From Acidimicrobiia bacterium (GTDB lineage Bacteria > Actinomycetota > Acidimicrobiia > Spongiisociales > ZC4RG35), in the NCBI GenBank assembly GCA_965215185.1, contig OZ244034.1, forward strand, positions 896,001 to 960,000: DNA of 64,000 bases, given 5' to 3'. A model generated the notes under the pieces. It saw only the letters and a program-made list of their open reading frames with translations. It was not told the DNA's origin and made no database searches. How positions within the stretch are numbered: the stretch's first letter is position 1; each line of letters opens with the position of its first letter. This document shows, in pieces, positions 37,343 to 48,145 of this stretch. The position numbers and the translations under genes were made by a program.

Positions 37343-37489
37343 TGTGGTTGAGGGGGAACATTGTTTGTGTTCTCTTCTTGGCAAGGTTTAGCCGAACGCG
37401 AAGGATCCCCAAGCATTGCTCTTACGCCCGTACCGGTGCCCGCCACCAACGAATGAGGGGGCGAAGCTCGACCGTCTAGCTGTCGCTGG

Positions 37490-40400
37490 TCACCCAGCCC
37501 AGCGCACCCCGTCTGGCAGCTGCGGCCAGCAGACGATGGTGTCGTCGCTCTTGATGGCGCAGGTGCGATACTCGCCTAACGCAAGGGCTTTGTAGGTGCC
37601 TGCGGGCGGGTCGATCTGCCTGTTGCCGTTTTGTCCCCAGCAGGCGATGGTGTCGTCGGTCGCGATAGCGCAGGTGTGCTCGGCGCCCGCGGTGAGGGCT
37701 TTGTAGGTGCCTGCGGGCGGGTCGCTCTGCCCGCTGTCGTTGTATCCCCAGCAGGCGATGGTGTCGTCGGTCGCGATGGCGCAACTGTGGTTGTAGCCCA
37801 ACGCGAGGGCTTTGTAGGTGCCTGCGGGCGGGTCGCTCTGCCCGCTGTCGTTGTTGCCCCAGCAGGTGATGGTGTCGTCGGTCGCGATGGCGCAACTGTG
37901 CTGGGCGTGGAGAGCAAGTGTCTTGTAGGTGCCTGTGGGCGGGTCGCTCTGCCCGCTGTTGTTTAGCCCCCAGCAGGCGATGGTGTCGTCGGTCTTGATG
38001 GCGCAGGTGTGGTCTGTGCCCGTGGCGAGGGCTTTGTAGGTGCCTGTGGGCAGGTCGCTCTGCCCGTATAGGTTGTATCCCCAGCAGGCGATGGTGTCGT
38101 CGGTCGCGATGGCGCAGGTGTGCTCGTAGCCCGTGGTGAGGGCTTTGTAGGTGCCTGTGGGCGCGTCGGTCTGCCCGTATTGGTTGTATCCCCAGCAGGC
38201 GATGGTGTCGTCGGTCTTGATGGCGCAGGTGTGGTCGTAGCCCGTGGTGAGGGCTTTGTAGGTGCCTGCGGGGCCGTCCGTCTCTCCATACTCGTCGTAT
38301 CCCCAGCAGGCGATGGTGTCGTCGGTCTTGATGGCGCAGGTGTGGTCGTAGCCCGTGGTGAGGGCCTCGTAGGTGCCTGCTAGCGGGTCGGTCTGCCCGA
38401 GGTAGTGGTATCCCCAGCAGGCGACGGTGTCGTCCGTCGCGATGGCACAGGTGTTGTCCAGGTTCATGGTGAGGGCTTTGTAGGTGCCTGCGGGCGCGTC
38501 GCTCTGCCCGCTGTCGTTGCTGCCCCAGCAGGCGACGGTGTCGTCCGTCGCGATGGCACAACTGCGATGGGTGTCGACAGCGAGTGTCTTGTAGGTGCCT
38601 ACGGGCGGGTCGCTCTGCCCCCTGCTGTTGTATCCCCAGCAGGCGATGGTGTCGTCGGTTGCGATGGCACAGGTGTGATAGGAGCCCGCGTCGACGGCTT
38701 TGAAGGTGCCCGCGGGCGCTCTGGTCGCTCCGCGTCTCAGGTAGTTCACTCCCCAGCAGGCGATGGTGTCGTCGGATCTGATGGCGCAAGTGTGAACTTC
38801 GCCGGCGGCCAGGGCCTCGAAGGTGCCCCCCGGCGGCGACACCGACGGGGGGTATCCCCAGCAGGCGATGGTGCCGTCGGTTGCGATGGCGCACGTGTGC
38901 TCCCAGCCGATATCGAGAGCTTTGAAGGTGCCCGCGGGCGGGTCGCTCTGCCCGAAGGCGTCGTATCCCCAGCAGGCGATGGTGCCGTCGGTTGCGATGG
39001 CGCAGGCGTGACGGGATCCGGCGGTGAGGGTCTGGTAGGCACCCGCTGGCGGGTCGCTTTGTTCAATGTCGTTGCTGCCCCAGCAGGCGATGGTGTCGTC
39101 GCTCTTGATGGCGCACGTGTATCTGGCTCCCGCGTCGAGCAGCTTGTAGGTCTCCGCCGGGGGGTCGCCCCTGCCGTCGCCGTTGTTGCCCCAGCAGGTG
39201 ATCGTGTCGTCGGTTGCGATGGCGCAGGTGTGGTAAAAGGCGGCGGCGAGGGCCTTGTAGGTTCCACTCCGCGCGGCGACGGCCGACGTTGTCTCAATCG
39301 AAGGCTGTGACCACTGGGAGTAGCCTTCGCTGTTGTGGGCTCGGACACGGACGGTGTATTGGGTGTCGGCGCTCAGGGCGGTCAGGGTGGCGCTGTTGGT
39401 GATGTGGGTTGATGTCTGCCAGGGGTGGGTGCCGACCGCGGGTCGATGGCGCAGTTCGTAGGAGTCGATGTCGGGGCCGGTGTTGGCCGGCGGGTCCCAA
39501 AACCACTGCAGGCTGTCGGGGCCTCGCTGGGTCAGCGCCGGCGGGTCCAGCTGGGCTGGGGGCTCGGCGGAGTCGATGACAGTGACGAGGATGGTCTGGG
39601 TCTGCGAACGCTCCCTGGTACCGGTGCCGCTGCTTGCCGATACCTCGAACTCGTACTGGTTGTCGGAGCCGCTGTCGGCCGGGCGCTCGTAGTCGGGGGA
39701 CAGCACGAATCGCAGCTCGCCGGAGTTGGCAACGGTGAAATGCCGGGCGTCGGCTCCCCTAGAGATGAGGTATCGGGTGATTGAGTCCGACGGGTCGGGG
39801 TCGTTGGCTGTGACATAGCCGACAAGGGTCGTGTTCTCCTGCACGGTGTGCTGGCCCGAACTCGTGAAAGCCGGCGGATTATTGACCTCCCGGTCAGAGC
39901 CGCCGCCGCCTCCTCCTCCGCTTCCGCTTCCGCCGCTTCCGCCTCCTCCGCTTCCGCCGCCTCCTCCGCTTCCGCTTCCGCCTCCGCCTCCGCCGGAGTC
40001 TTCTTCTCCGCCGCTGGCGCCGGGGCTTTCTTCCGAGGGTTCCAATTCCAAGGCGCGTGCGAGGAACGTGGCCATCTCTGCTCTGGTAACAGCTTGGTCC
40101 GGGCAGAACATGGTGTCTTCGCATCCTTTGGTGATACCCGAAGCGGCGAGCTTGGCGACACTTGCCGCGTACCAAGCGTCGGAAGGCACGTCGCTGAAAC
40201 CAGGGTCGGGTCCTTCATCCAGACCGAAAGCCCGCGACAGGAAGGCAGCCATCTCGGCGCGGGTCGTAGTCCGATCGGGGCAGAAGACACTGCCGTCCCC
40301 GCATCCCTTGGTGACGCCAAGTACTGCCAGGCGCTCAACGAAAGCTACGTGAGGATGCGCCGCGTCCACGTCCCCAAAGCGCCTTGACGCAGCCGGCCAG

Positions 40401-40717
40401 GGGTCCGCTCCGTCCAGGACGCGAACAGTCCACACCGCCACCGTCGCGCGATCTATGTCATCCCCGGGGCAGAACCCCTCATCGCACTCAGTGCCCACAA
40501 ACACCCCGGCGGCGGCAAGAGTGCTGACCGGCTCCGCGTAGTAGGTGTCCGGGGGAACATCCGAATACGGCGCACCGTCCTGCGCCACGGCCACCGACGT
40601 TGCTGCCCCCAGTACCGCAGCCACCATGGCCACAACAGCCAACCCCCAAACCACCCCAACACGAACGCCACTCAACCACAACCGCACTAAAACGAACCCC
40701 CACCGAGGCCGACACAA
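37490..40717 (-). CDS. Secreted SLH + cadherin + FN3 + RCC1-repeat protein
   Basis: Signal-like N-terminus; SLH (FCPDRTTTRAEMAAFL); Gly linker; cadherin (PDYERPADSGSDNQYE); FN3; 16 units of YKAL..G..HTCAIATDDTIACWG.N..GQSDPP. Confidence 0.9.
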   Translation of the reverse strand: MCRPRWGFVLVRLWLSGVRVGVVWGLAVVAMVAAVLGAATSVAVAQDGAPYSDVPPDTYYAEPVSTLAAAGVFVGTECDEGFCPGDDIDRATVAVWTVRVLDGADPWPAASRRFGDVDAAHPHVAFVERLAVLGVTKGCGDGSVFCPDRTTTRAEMAAFLSRAFGLDEGPDPGFSDVPSDAWYAASVAKLAASGITKGCEDTMFCPDQAVTRAEMATFLARALELEPSEESPGASGGEEDSGGGGGGSGSGGGGGSGGGGSGGSGSGGGGGGGSDREVNNPPAFTSSGQHTVQENTTLVGYVTANDPDPSDSITRYLISRGADARHFTVANSGELRFVLSPDYERPADSGSDNQYEFEVSASSGTGTRERSQTQTILVTVIDSAEPPAQLDPPALTQRGPDSLQWFWDPPANTGPDIDSYELRHRPAVGTHPWQTSTHITNSATLTALSADTQYTVRVRAHNSEGYSQWSQPSIETTSAVAARSGTYKALAAAFYHTCAIATDDTITCWGNNGDGRGDPPAETYKLLDAGARYTCAIKSDDTIACWGSNDIEQSDPPAGAYQTLTAGSRHACAIATDGTIACWGYDAFGQSDPPAGTFKALDIGWEHTCAIATDGTIACWGYPPSVSPPGGTFEALAAGEVHTCAIRSDDTIACWGVNYLRRGATRAPAGTFKAVDAGSYHTCAIATDDTIACWGYNSRGQSDPPVGTYKTLAVDTHRSCAIATDDTVACWGSNDSGQSDAPAGTYKALTMNLDNTCAIATDDTVACWGYHYLGQTDPLAGTYEALTTGYDHTCAIKTDDTIACWGYDEYGETDGPAGTYKALTTGYDHTCAIKTDDTIACWGYNQYGQTDAPTGTYKALTTGYEHTCAIATDDTIACWGYNLYGQSDLPTGTYKALATGTDHTCAIKTDDTIACWGLNNSGQSDPPTGTYKTLALHAQHSCAIATDDTITCWGNNDSGQSDPPAGTYKALALGYNHSCAIATDDTIACWGYNDSGQSDPPAGTYKALTAGAEHTCAIATDDTIACWGQNGNRQIDPPAGTYKALALGEYRTCAIKSDDTIVCWPQLPDGVRWAG
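37520..39262 (-). repeat. 16 tandem ~111-bp RCC1-like repeats (37 aa)
   Basis: gcaggcgatggtgtcgtcgg recurs at a 111-bp period (37751, 37862, 37973, ...). Confidence 0.95.
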
Positions 40718-40874
40718 TTACTACAGATACAACTCATTTATAGAGCAGAAGTTAGCACTTTATACTCGGCGCTCTCATTTTTACCTCACAATCGCCTTAT
40801 AAATGTAACACAGCGGGGCAGCGTCCCATTGACGTGGTGGGAATGATCCTTACCGCAGGATTGGATGGTATCTC

Positions 40875-43277
40875 GTGAGGACCGTCATGCGTCGGCTGGC
40901 AAGACTGGTGTGCTGGGTTCTGCTGTGTTTCGTGTTAGCAGAAGGCGGTGCTGCGGCGGGGACTGCTGTTGGTGCAAGAGTGGCTTTATTCGCGGTTCCT
41001 TCAATGAACGTATGCGATCGCACACCAGCAGTTCGCGACACGATCGTCGCCGCGGTCGCCGGAATCGACGATTGCCAGGATGTGACCGAGGCGCACCTCT
41101 CCGGAATCGGAAGGTCTCTCATCCTGAGACGCATGGGCATCACGGCTCTTAGGGTTGGAGACTTCGACGGTCTGACCTCTCTGAGGAGATTGACGTTGCG
41201 AGACAACTCCCTAACTGTTCTACCGGCGGGAATATTCGACGGATTGGCGGCTTTGGACACACTGAGTTTGCTGAACAACCAACTTACCCATCTGCCGGAC
41301 GGGGTGTTCGCCGACCTTGTCGCTCTGATGACACTGGATTTGGAATACAACGATCTGGTTTCGCTGCCGCCGGGATTGTTCACCGGTCTCGACCTTGAGT
41401 TCCTGGGTCTGGAGGGCAACCAACTCACCTCGCTGGGACCAGAAGGGCAGGGAGTGTTCAGCGGTTTGAGAGTGGAAACTCTGGACCTGAGCGGGAATCG
41501 CTTCGAAACCGTGCCCGCGGGAGCGTTCGAGGGCACCGACCTGCACCTACTGGACTTGAGCGAGAATCAGTTGTGTGAACTGCCGGCGGGGATCTTTGAG
41601 GGGCACACCAGGCTTGCGTACCTGTGGCTGGACCAGAATCCAGGCGCCGCCTTTACCTTAACCGTGGTGTTGGAGCAGATCCCCGACACCAACAACGTTG
41701 TGGTCAGGATTGCCGAGGGTGCACCATTTGCCATGACCACTGCAATAGGCGTGACGGGAGGGACCCTGCCCCCCCTAGTGAACTCGGTCACGATCCCGCT
41801 AGGGCACACAACAAGCAACGAAATCACTATCACTCCCACTGAGACCAAGACCACGGTCACCCTGGGCGCTCCGCCGCCGGTTCCCGATTCGCCATTGTTC
41901 TACGGCGTGTCGAGCGCGGTAGGTGTCCCATTGATACTCAACAGCGACGGGCCGAACTTCGACAGCCGACGTTTGGCCCGCTCGATCGCGGAGAACCCGG
42001 TACCGGGAACAGCCGTCGGCTCACCGGTGACGGCAGACTCTCCCGGAGGAGACCCGCTCACTTACATGCTCTCCGGCCCGGGCCTGAATTTCTTTACCAT
42101 CGACCCTTCCACGGGTCAGATCCGGGTGAGGTCCGGCGCGGCGCTCGACCATGAGAGAAAACGCTGCCGCTCGGTAACGGTCACCGCTAGCGACTCCTCC
42201 CTCGCCCAAGAAGCGGTGATAGTCACCATCATGGTCGAAGACCAAGACGACCATGGAACAGTGACGCTCTCGACGGCAGAGCCACAAGTCGGTGAGAGCC
42301 TGACAGCCACCCTCACCGACGATGACGGCGTCGCCAACGCGGATTGGCTGTGGGAACGATCCCTCAACAGCGTCGGTAACTGGACACCGATCGACAACGC
42401 GAGTAGAAGCTACTACACGCCAACAGCAGCCGACAAAGGCCACTATCTGCGGGCTGCTGTCACCTACACCGACAATTACAGCTCAGCAGCTACCGCGCAA
42501 GCAGCCACCAACACACCCGTACGCGAGCCGCCTCCCCCTCCGCCACCTCCGCCACCTCCGCCACCTAAGAACCGTGGAGGCGGTGGAGGCGGTGGAGGCG
42601 GTGGAGGCGGTGGAGGCGGTGGAGGCGGTGGAGGTTTTGATGATGGGGGAGGTGATGAACTACCGGCCAAAGCTTCGGAACTGTTCGAGGACATCGACGC
42701 CGGGGTGTGGTACGAGTCGGCGGTATCGTGGATGATCCTTCACGATGTCACCTCAGGCTGTGCCCCAACCCTGTTTTGCCCCGACGCCAACCTCACCCGC
42801 CAGCAATTCGTTACTTTCCTCTGGAGAGCAGCCGGCCGACCCACCCCCACCTACCAAGGATCAGAAGCCTTCACCGACGTAGAAGAAGGGGTCTACTCGG
42901 ACCAGGCCATCGGCTGGGCAGTCTCCAACGAAATCACTGTGGGATGCACCCCAGGTGCTTTTAGTGATCCTGACTGGAAGTTTTGCCCAACGGATCACGT
43001 CACCAGAGGACAAATAGCCACCCTCCTATATCGACACGTACAAGCCGATTACATAGGAAAAGTCCCCTCCCACACCGACATTGTTCTTGATGAATATTAC
43101 GCGGTCAGCGTGTCCTGGCTCACCGACTTCCAAGTGGTTCCCGGATGCGGACCGACCCTGTTCTGCCCTAACCGAAAGGCCACCCGCGCCGAAGCAGCCT
43201 TATTCATCAACGGAGTAGCCATCCGACCCCACATCTGGGGAGAAGGAAACACCAGCTTCATACCCCAACCCCAATAA
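40875..43277 (+). CDS. Secreted leucine-rich-repeat protein with cadherin-like domain and C-terminal SLH cassette
   Basis: VCDRTPAVRD cap; LRRs such as LTLRDNSLTVLPAGIFDGLAALDTLSLLNNQL; Pro/Gly linker; SLH cassette copy 3. Confidence 0.9.
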   Translation: MRTVMRRLARLVCWVLLCFVLAEGGAAAGTAVGARVALFAVPSMNVCDRTPAVRDTIVAAVAGIDDCQDVTEAHLSGIGRSLILRRMGITALRVGDFDGLTSLRRLTLRDNSLTVLPAGIFDGLAALDTLSLLNNQLTHLPDGVFADLVALMTLDLEYNDLVSLPPGLFTGLDLEFLGLEGNQLTSLGPEGQGVFSGLRVETLDLSGNRFETVPAGAFEGTDLHLLDLSENQLCELPAGIFEGHTRLAYLWLDQNPGAAFTLTVVLEQIPDTNNVVVRIAEGAPFAMTTAIGVTGGTLPPLVNSVTIPLGHTTSNEITITPTETKTTVTLGAPPPVPDSPLFYGVSSAVGVPLILNSDGPNFDSRRLARSIAENPVPGTAVGSPVTADSPGGDPLTYMLSGPGLNFFTIDPSTGQIRVRSGAALDHERKRCRSVTVTASDSSLAQEAVIVTIMVEDQDDHGTVTLSTAEPQVGESLTATLTDDDGVANADWLWERSLNSVGNWTPIDNASRSYYTPTAADKGHYLRAAVTYTDNYSSAATAQAATNTPVREPPPPPPPPPPPPPKNRGGGGGGGGGGGGGGGGGGGGFDDGGGDELPAKASELFEDIDAGVWYESAVSWMILHDVTSGCAPTLFCPDANLTRQQFVTFLWRAAGRPTPTYQGSEAFTDVEEGVYSDQAIGWAVSNEITVGCTPGAFSDPDWKFCPTDHVTRGQIATLLYRHVQADYIGKVPSHTDIVLDEYYAVSVSWLTDFQVVPGCGPTLFCPNRKATRAEAALFINGVAIRPHIWGEGNTSFIPQPQ

Positions 43278-43305
43278 CCCAGCAGGTGATACCCCACTTT
43301 CATAG

Positions 43306-43354
43306 TGAACCGCCCCAGATGGTATGACTGACCCGAAAGGAGGGTCTTCATGCC
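43306..43354 (+). mobile_element. IS3-family left-end scar
   Basis: tgaaccgcccc terminal repeat, RBS aaggagg and ATG, then truncation. Confidence 0.5.
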
Positions 43355-43385
43355 GTGTGTTGAGGTATCGGGTTCTGGGTGTTGG

Positions 43386-45830
43386 TTATGTGGGTGGTGT
43401 TGTTTGGGGGGTGGTGGGTTTGGGAGTGCGGTAGCCGATGTGGGGTACGGTGATGATGTATTTGGGGTTGTTGGCTTGGTCGTTGAGTTTGCGGCGTAGG
43501 TTTTTGATGGCGGTGCGTAGGGGTCGGGCGTCTCCGGTTTTTGTTGTGCCCCAGATTCTTTTTAGGAGTTGGTCGTGGGTTAGGGCGATGCCTGGGTTGG
43601 TTGACAGTTCGGCTAGTAGACGGTATTCGGTGGGGGTGAGGTCTACGGGGTGTCCGGCGATGGTGACGGCGCGTTGTGGGTAGTCGACGTGTAGGTCGCC
43701 CGATGTGTAGGTGTCTGATGGGGCGGCCTGTTTGCGTAGTGCGGCTTTGACTCTGGCGGCGAGTTCGGTGGGTGAGAACGGTTTGACTATGTAGTCGACG
43801 GCTCCCATCTCGAAGGCTCTGGTGATCACCTGGTTTTGGTCGTAGGCGGACAAGAAGATGATGGGGATGTCCTGGACGGAAAAGATGTCTCTCATCAGTT
43901 CGATTCCGTCGGTGCCGGGCAGCATCAGATCCAGTAGCACCACGTCGGGGTTGGTTTCTTTGATCAGTGGGATGGCCTGCTGGGGGTCGCCGGTCACGAC
44001 GGGCTGGTAGCCGGCGGCGGTGAGCGCGTCTCGGACGAGTTTGAGCGTTCTGGGGTCGTCGTCGATGGCGAGAACCCGGGTGTTCGTCTGGCGAGAGGAT
44101 GCCGGGGTATGTTTGGTGATTGGTCTGGTGGGGTGCTGGTCGGATGTTGGAAGGGTGAAGGTGAAACGGCTGCCCAAGCCTGGCCCGTCGCTCTCGACCC
44201 AGATGCGACCACCGTGGGCTTCCACGATCCCTTTGCAGATGGCGAGGCCTAGGCCCAGGTCGCGGCTGTGGTCAGATCCCTCTGGGTGGGAGAACTTGCG
44301 GAACAGGTGCGCTAGCCGTTCGGCGGGCACACCCTTGCCGCTGTCGGTGATGGAGACGGCGACATGGACACCCTCGTGGGTGGCGTCGACGCGGATCACC
44401 GATGTCTCGTGGGAGTTGCGCTCGGCGTTGGAGAGGAGGTTGTTGACCACCTGGACTATGCGCCGCCTGTCCGCCATTGCTGGCGGCAGGTCCGGTGCGC
44501 AGTTGATGCGGATGTTGTCACGGCCGCCTGCGCTCAAGAAGGTGTTGCGAGCTCCGTCCAACAGTCTGGGGACGTCGAGTGGTTCGAGGTTGACCGACAG
44601 CGTGCCTGTCTCGATGCGTACAATGTCGATGAGGTCTGCGATCAGGTCGCGCATATAGTCGGCTTGTTCGTTGATGATCCGGTGGTATTGGATGATCTCG
44701 GCGGGATCCAGCGAGGACTGGGCTTCCAGCAGGGTGGTAGCGGAACCCTTGATGCTGGTCAGCGGTGTGCGCAGTTCGTGGCTGACGATGCCCAAGAACT
44801 CGGCGCGCAGCCTCTCCAGTTCCTGCAGCGGTGTCATGTCCTGCACGGTCATGACCACCGAATCCATCTCACCCGTATCGGTGCGGATGGGTGTGGCGTT
44901 GACTACTGCGGTGACGCTGCGACCATCTGGGCCCTCAATGATGATCTCCTCGGCTCGTACCGTCTCGTTTGAGGTGAGAGCCCTGGCCAGAGGGAGAGCC
45001 TTGTTGGGGATTTGTTGGCCGTCGGCGCTTCGGTAAGTCGCGGTGTCCAGCAGTTCCTGCACCGACCCGCCCGGCAGGAGCAGATCGCGGGCGATACGCT
45101 GCGCCTCCCGATTAGCCGACGTCAGCGCCCTGGTGTCGGCGTTGAACACCAGCACACCCACCGGAGCCGTGTTCACCAACGTCTCCAGGTAGGCTCTGGC
45201 CCGCTGCTCGTCCCGGTATGTGCGGGCATTGGAGATCACCAAAGCAGCCTGGGACGCGAACATCACCAGCGACTCCTCGTCATCGGCGGAGAACCCCTCC
45301 CCGTCATCGGTGCCGGGTTTGGGTGCCATGGGATCGATGAGGGGCTCTTGGTCCACATCGCCCGCGGTGGGCTCCTCTTCCTTGTCGGCGAGGTAGATGA
45401 CGCCGAGGCGCTTGCCCCGGTAGCGGATCGGCGCTGACAAGAAAGGCATGATCGCACTGATGGGAAACGGCGGGCGGAACAGGGGAAGACCCTGAGCGCG
45501 AGTGTGACTCTGGAAGTCCCGCAGCCGCAAGGGCTCCTCGAAGTTGCATAGATACTTTTGGAACTTCATCCCGTCGGGCATCTTGAAGAACTGCTGAGCC
45601 TGATCAGGTGTCCCCCCCGAACTGACATAATCCACTATCCACCCGCGGTCGTCATAGAGCAGCATCATCCCGTAGCGGGTGCCCGTCAACGCCCGTGCGC
45701 TGTGCATCACCTCCTGCAACACCATCTCCAAATCCAGGCTCTCGTTGATACGCAAGCTGGCCTCGCTCAACCGCGACAGGCGCTCCCGCAACGCCGCCAC
45801 TTCTCCTCTCAACTCGTCAACCTGGTTCAC
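43386..45830 (-). CDS. Hybrid sensor-regulator: GAF-PAS-HisKA-HATPase-receiver-OmpR/PhoB winged helix
   Basis: VSHELRTPLTSIKG, NLLSNA, GLGLAICKGIVEAHGGRIW, VLAIDDD..LLDLMLPG..KPFS, LTPTEYRLL..I.TVPHIGYR. Confidence 0.92.
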   Translation of the reverse strand: MNQVDELRGEVAALRERLSRLSEASLRINESLDLEMVLQEVMHSARALTGTRYGMMLLYDDRGWIVDYVSSGGTPDQAQQFFKMPDGMKFQKYLCNFEEPLRLRDFQSHTRAQGLPLFRPPFPISAIMPFLSAPIRYRGKRLGVIYLADKEEEPTAGDVDQEPLIDPMAPKPGTDDGEGFSADDEESLVMFASQAALVISNARTYRDEQRARAYLETLVNTAPVGVLVFNADTRALTSANREAQRIARDLLLPGGSVQELLDTATYRSADGQQIPNKALPLARALTSNETVRAEEIIIEGPDGRSVTAVVNATPIRTDTGEMDSVVMTVQDMTPLQELERLRAEFLGIVSHELRTPLTSIKGSATTLLEAQSSLDPAEIIQYHRIINEQADYMRDLIADLIDIVRIETGTLSVNLEPLDVPRLLDGARNTFLSAGGRDNIRINCAPDLPPAMADRRRIVQVVNNLLSNAERNSHETSVIRVDATHEGVHVAVSITDSGKGVPAERLAHLFRKFSHPEGSDHSRDLGLGLAICKGIVEAHGGRIWVESDGPGLGSRFTFTLPTSDQHPTRPITKHTPASSRQTNTRVLAIDDDPRTLKLVRDALTAAGYQPVVTGDPQQAIPLIKETNPDVVLLDLMLPGTDGIELMRDIFSVQDIPIIFLSAYDQNQVITRAFEMGAVDYIVKPFSPTELAARVKAALRKQAAPSDTYTSGDLHVDYPQRAVTIAGHPVDLTPTEYRLLAELSTNPGIALTHDQLLKRIWGTTKTGDARPLRTAIKNLRRKLNDQANNPKYIITVPHIGYRTPKPTTPQTTPPT

Positions 45831-46217
45831 TCGGCCACCTCAAACAGGTTCGCCAACGCTGCTCCGTCGACACGTTTCCCAATCCACCGTTGTCTGTCAA
45901 TGCTCACACTTCGTTTCTAGTCTATACCACCCAAAACTCACAACCACCTCATACCAAAAGGCTCGGTCGTTCGCTCCAACCGAGCAGGCGTTCCAACCCA
46001 TCTCACCGAAACCGGCGCCCTCTGCACAGCAGACGGCCGGACGCTAACCACGAGCCTGGGCCATAGCATCCCCGGCCCCCGCAAGCACGACCGCCCCAAA
46101 CCCAGCAGGGGACTCCGAACTGGTGGCCGGGTTCTTAGGGGCCTCTGGGATTGATCCGTGCCGGGTGAGGTTGTTCCGTTTGAATGGACCCAGTCCCGTG
46201 TCAAACATTCTCATGGC

Positions 46218-47606
<1,389 letters not shown>

Positions 47607-47699
47607 CTCCTGGCATGCGAACCGACCAGAAAATCAATTGGTTGAAGACTTGAAAAGATTAGGCACCATCTTGACAGCGCGTTCACGGGCATGGCTGTC

Positions 47700-47992
47700 G
47701 AAGCTGACAGCATGTGTCGGCCAAGCAGCCAACGACACCCCAAGGCGAGATCACCCCGGAGCCCTCTCCTCCAAAGGACAAAACCGTGCTACCTCGCCGG
47801 GCGAAACCAGCTTCCGCGGGCTACCAACCGAGGAAACGGAGACCGGACACTCCGAACCCGAACCACCAGACAACGGAATCACCCCGATGCTCCTATGTTT
47901 GTCATCAGAGCACTCAAACCTCGCATCTCAGACCGCATCCGGACCCACCTCCAACCACCCAAAGTCCACCTTCATTTGACAGAGGAGCTCAC
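47700..47992 (+). mobile_element. Probable degraded IS110 C-terminal remnant
   Basis: IRALKPRISDRIRTHL followed by an end-like ttgacagaggagc. Confidence 0.4.
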
Positions 47993-48145
47993 CTAGGTGC
48001 CGACGCTGAGCGCTATCTGGAGGCTGCCTTTATCGGGTAGGCTCCCGATAGCGTTTGCCTAGTAGGTAAACAGAAGGCGCCGAGCGCGCTCCGCGCTTCG
48101 GCCTGTGGGCGAATCCAAAGACCACGAGGGCGACGAAGAGGTACA

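Noticed and set aside
37520-39262. CRISPR array or DGR target
   Set aside because: The repeats are in-frame 111-bp coding units without spacers. No cas gene, reverse transcriptase or template repeat is in the window, and NNC codons are expected at high GC.
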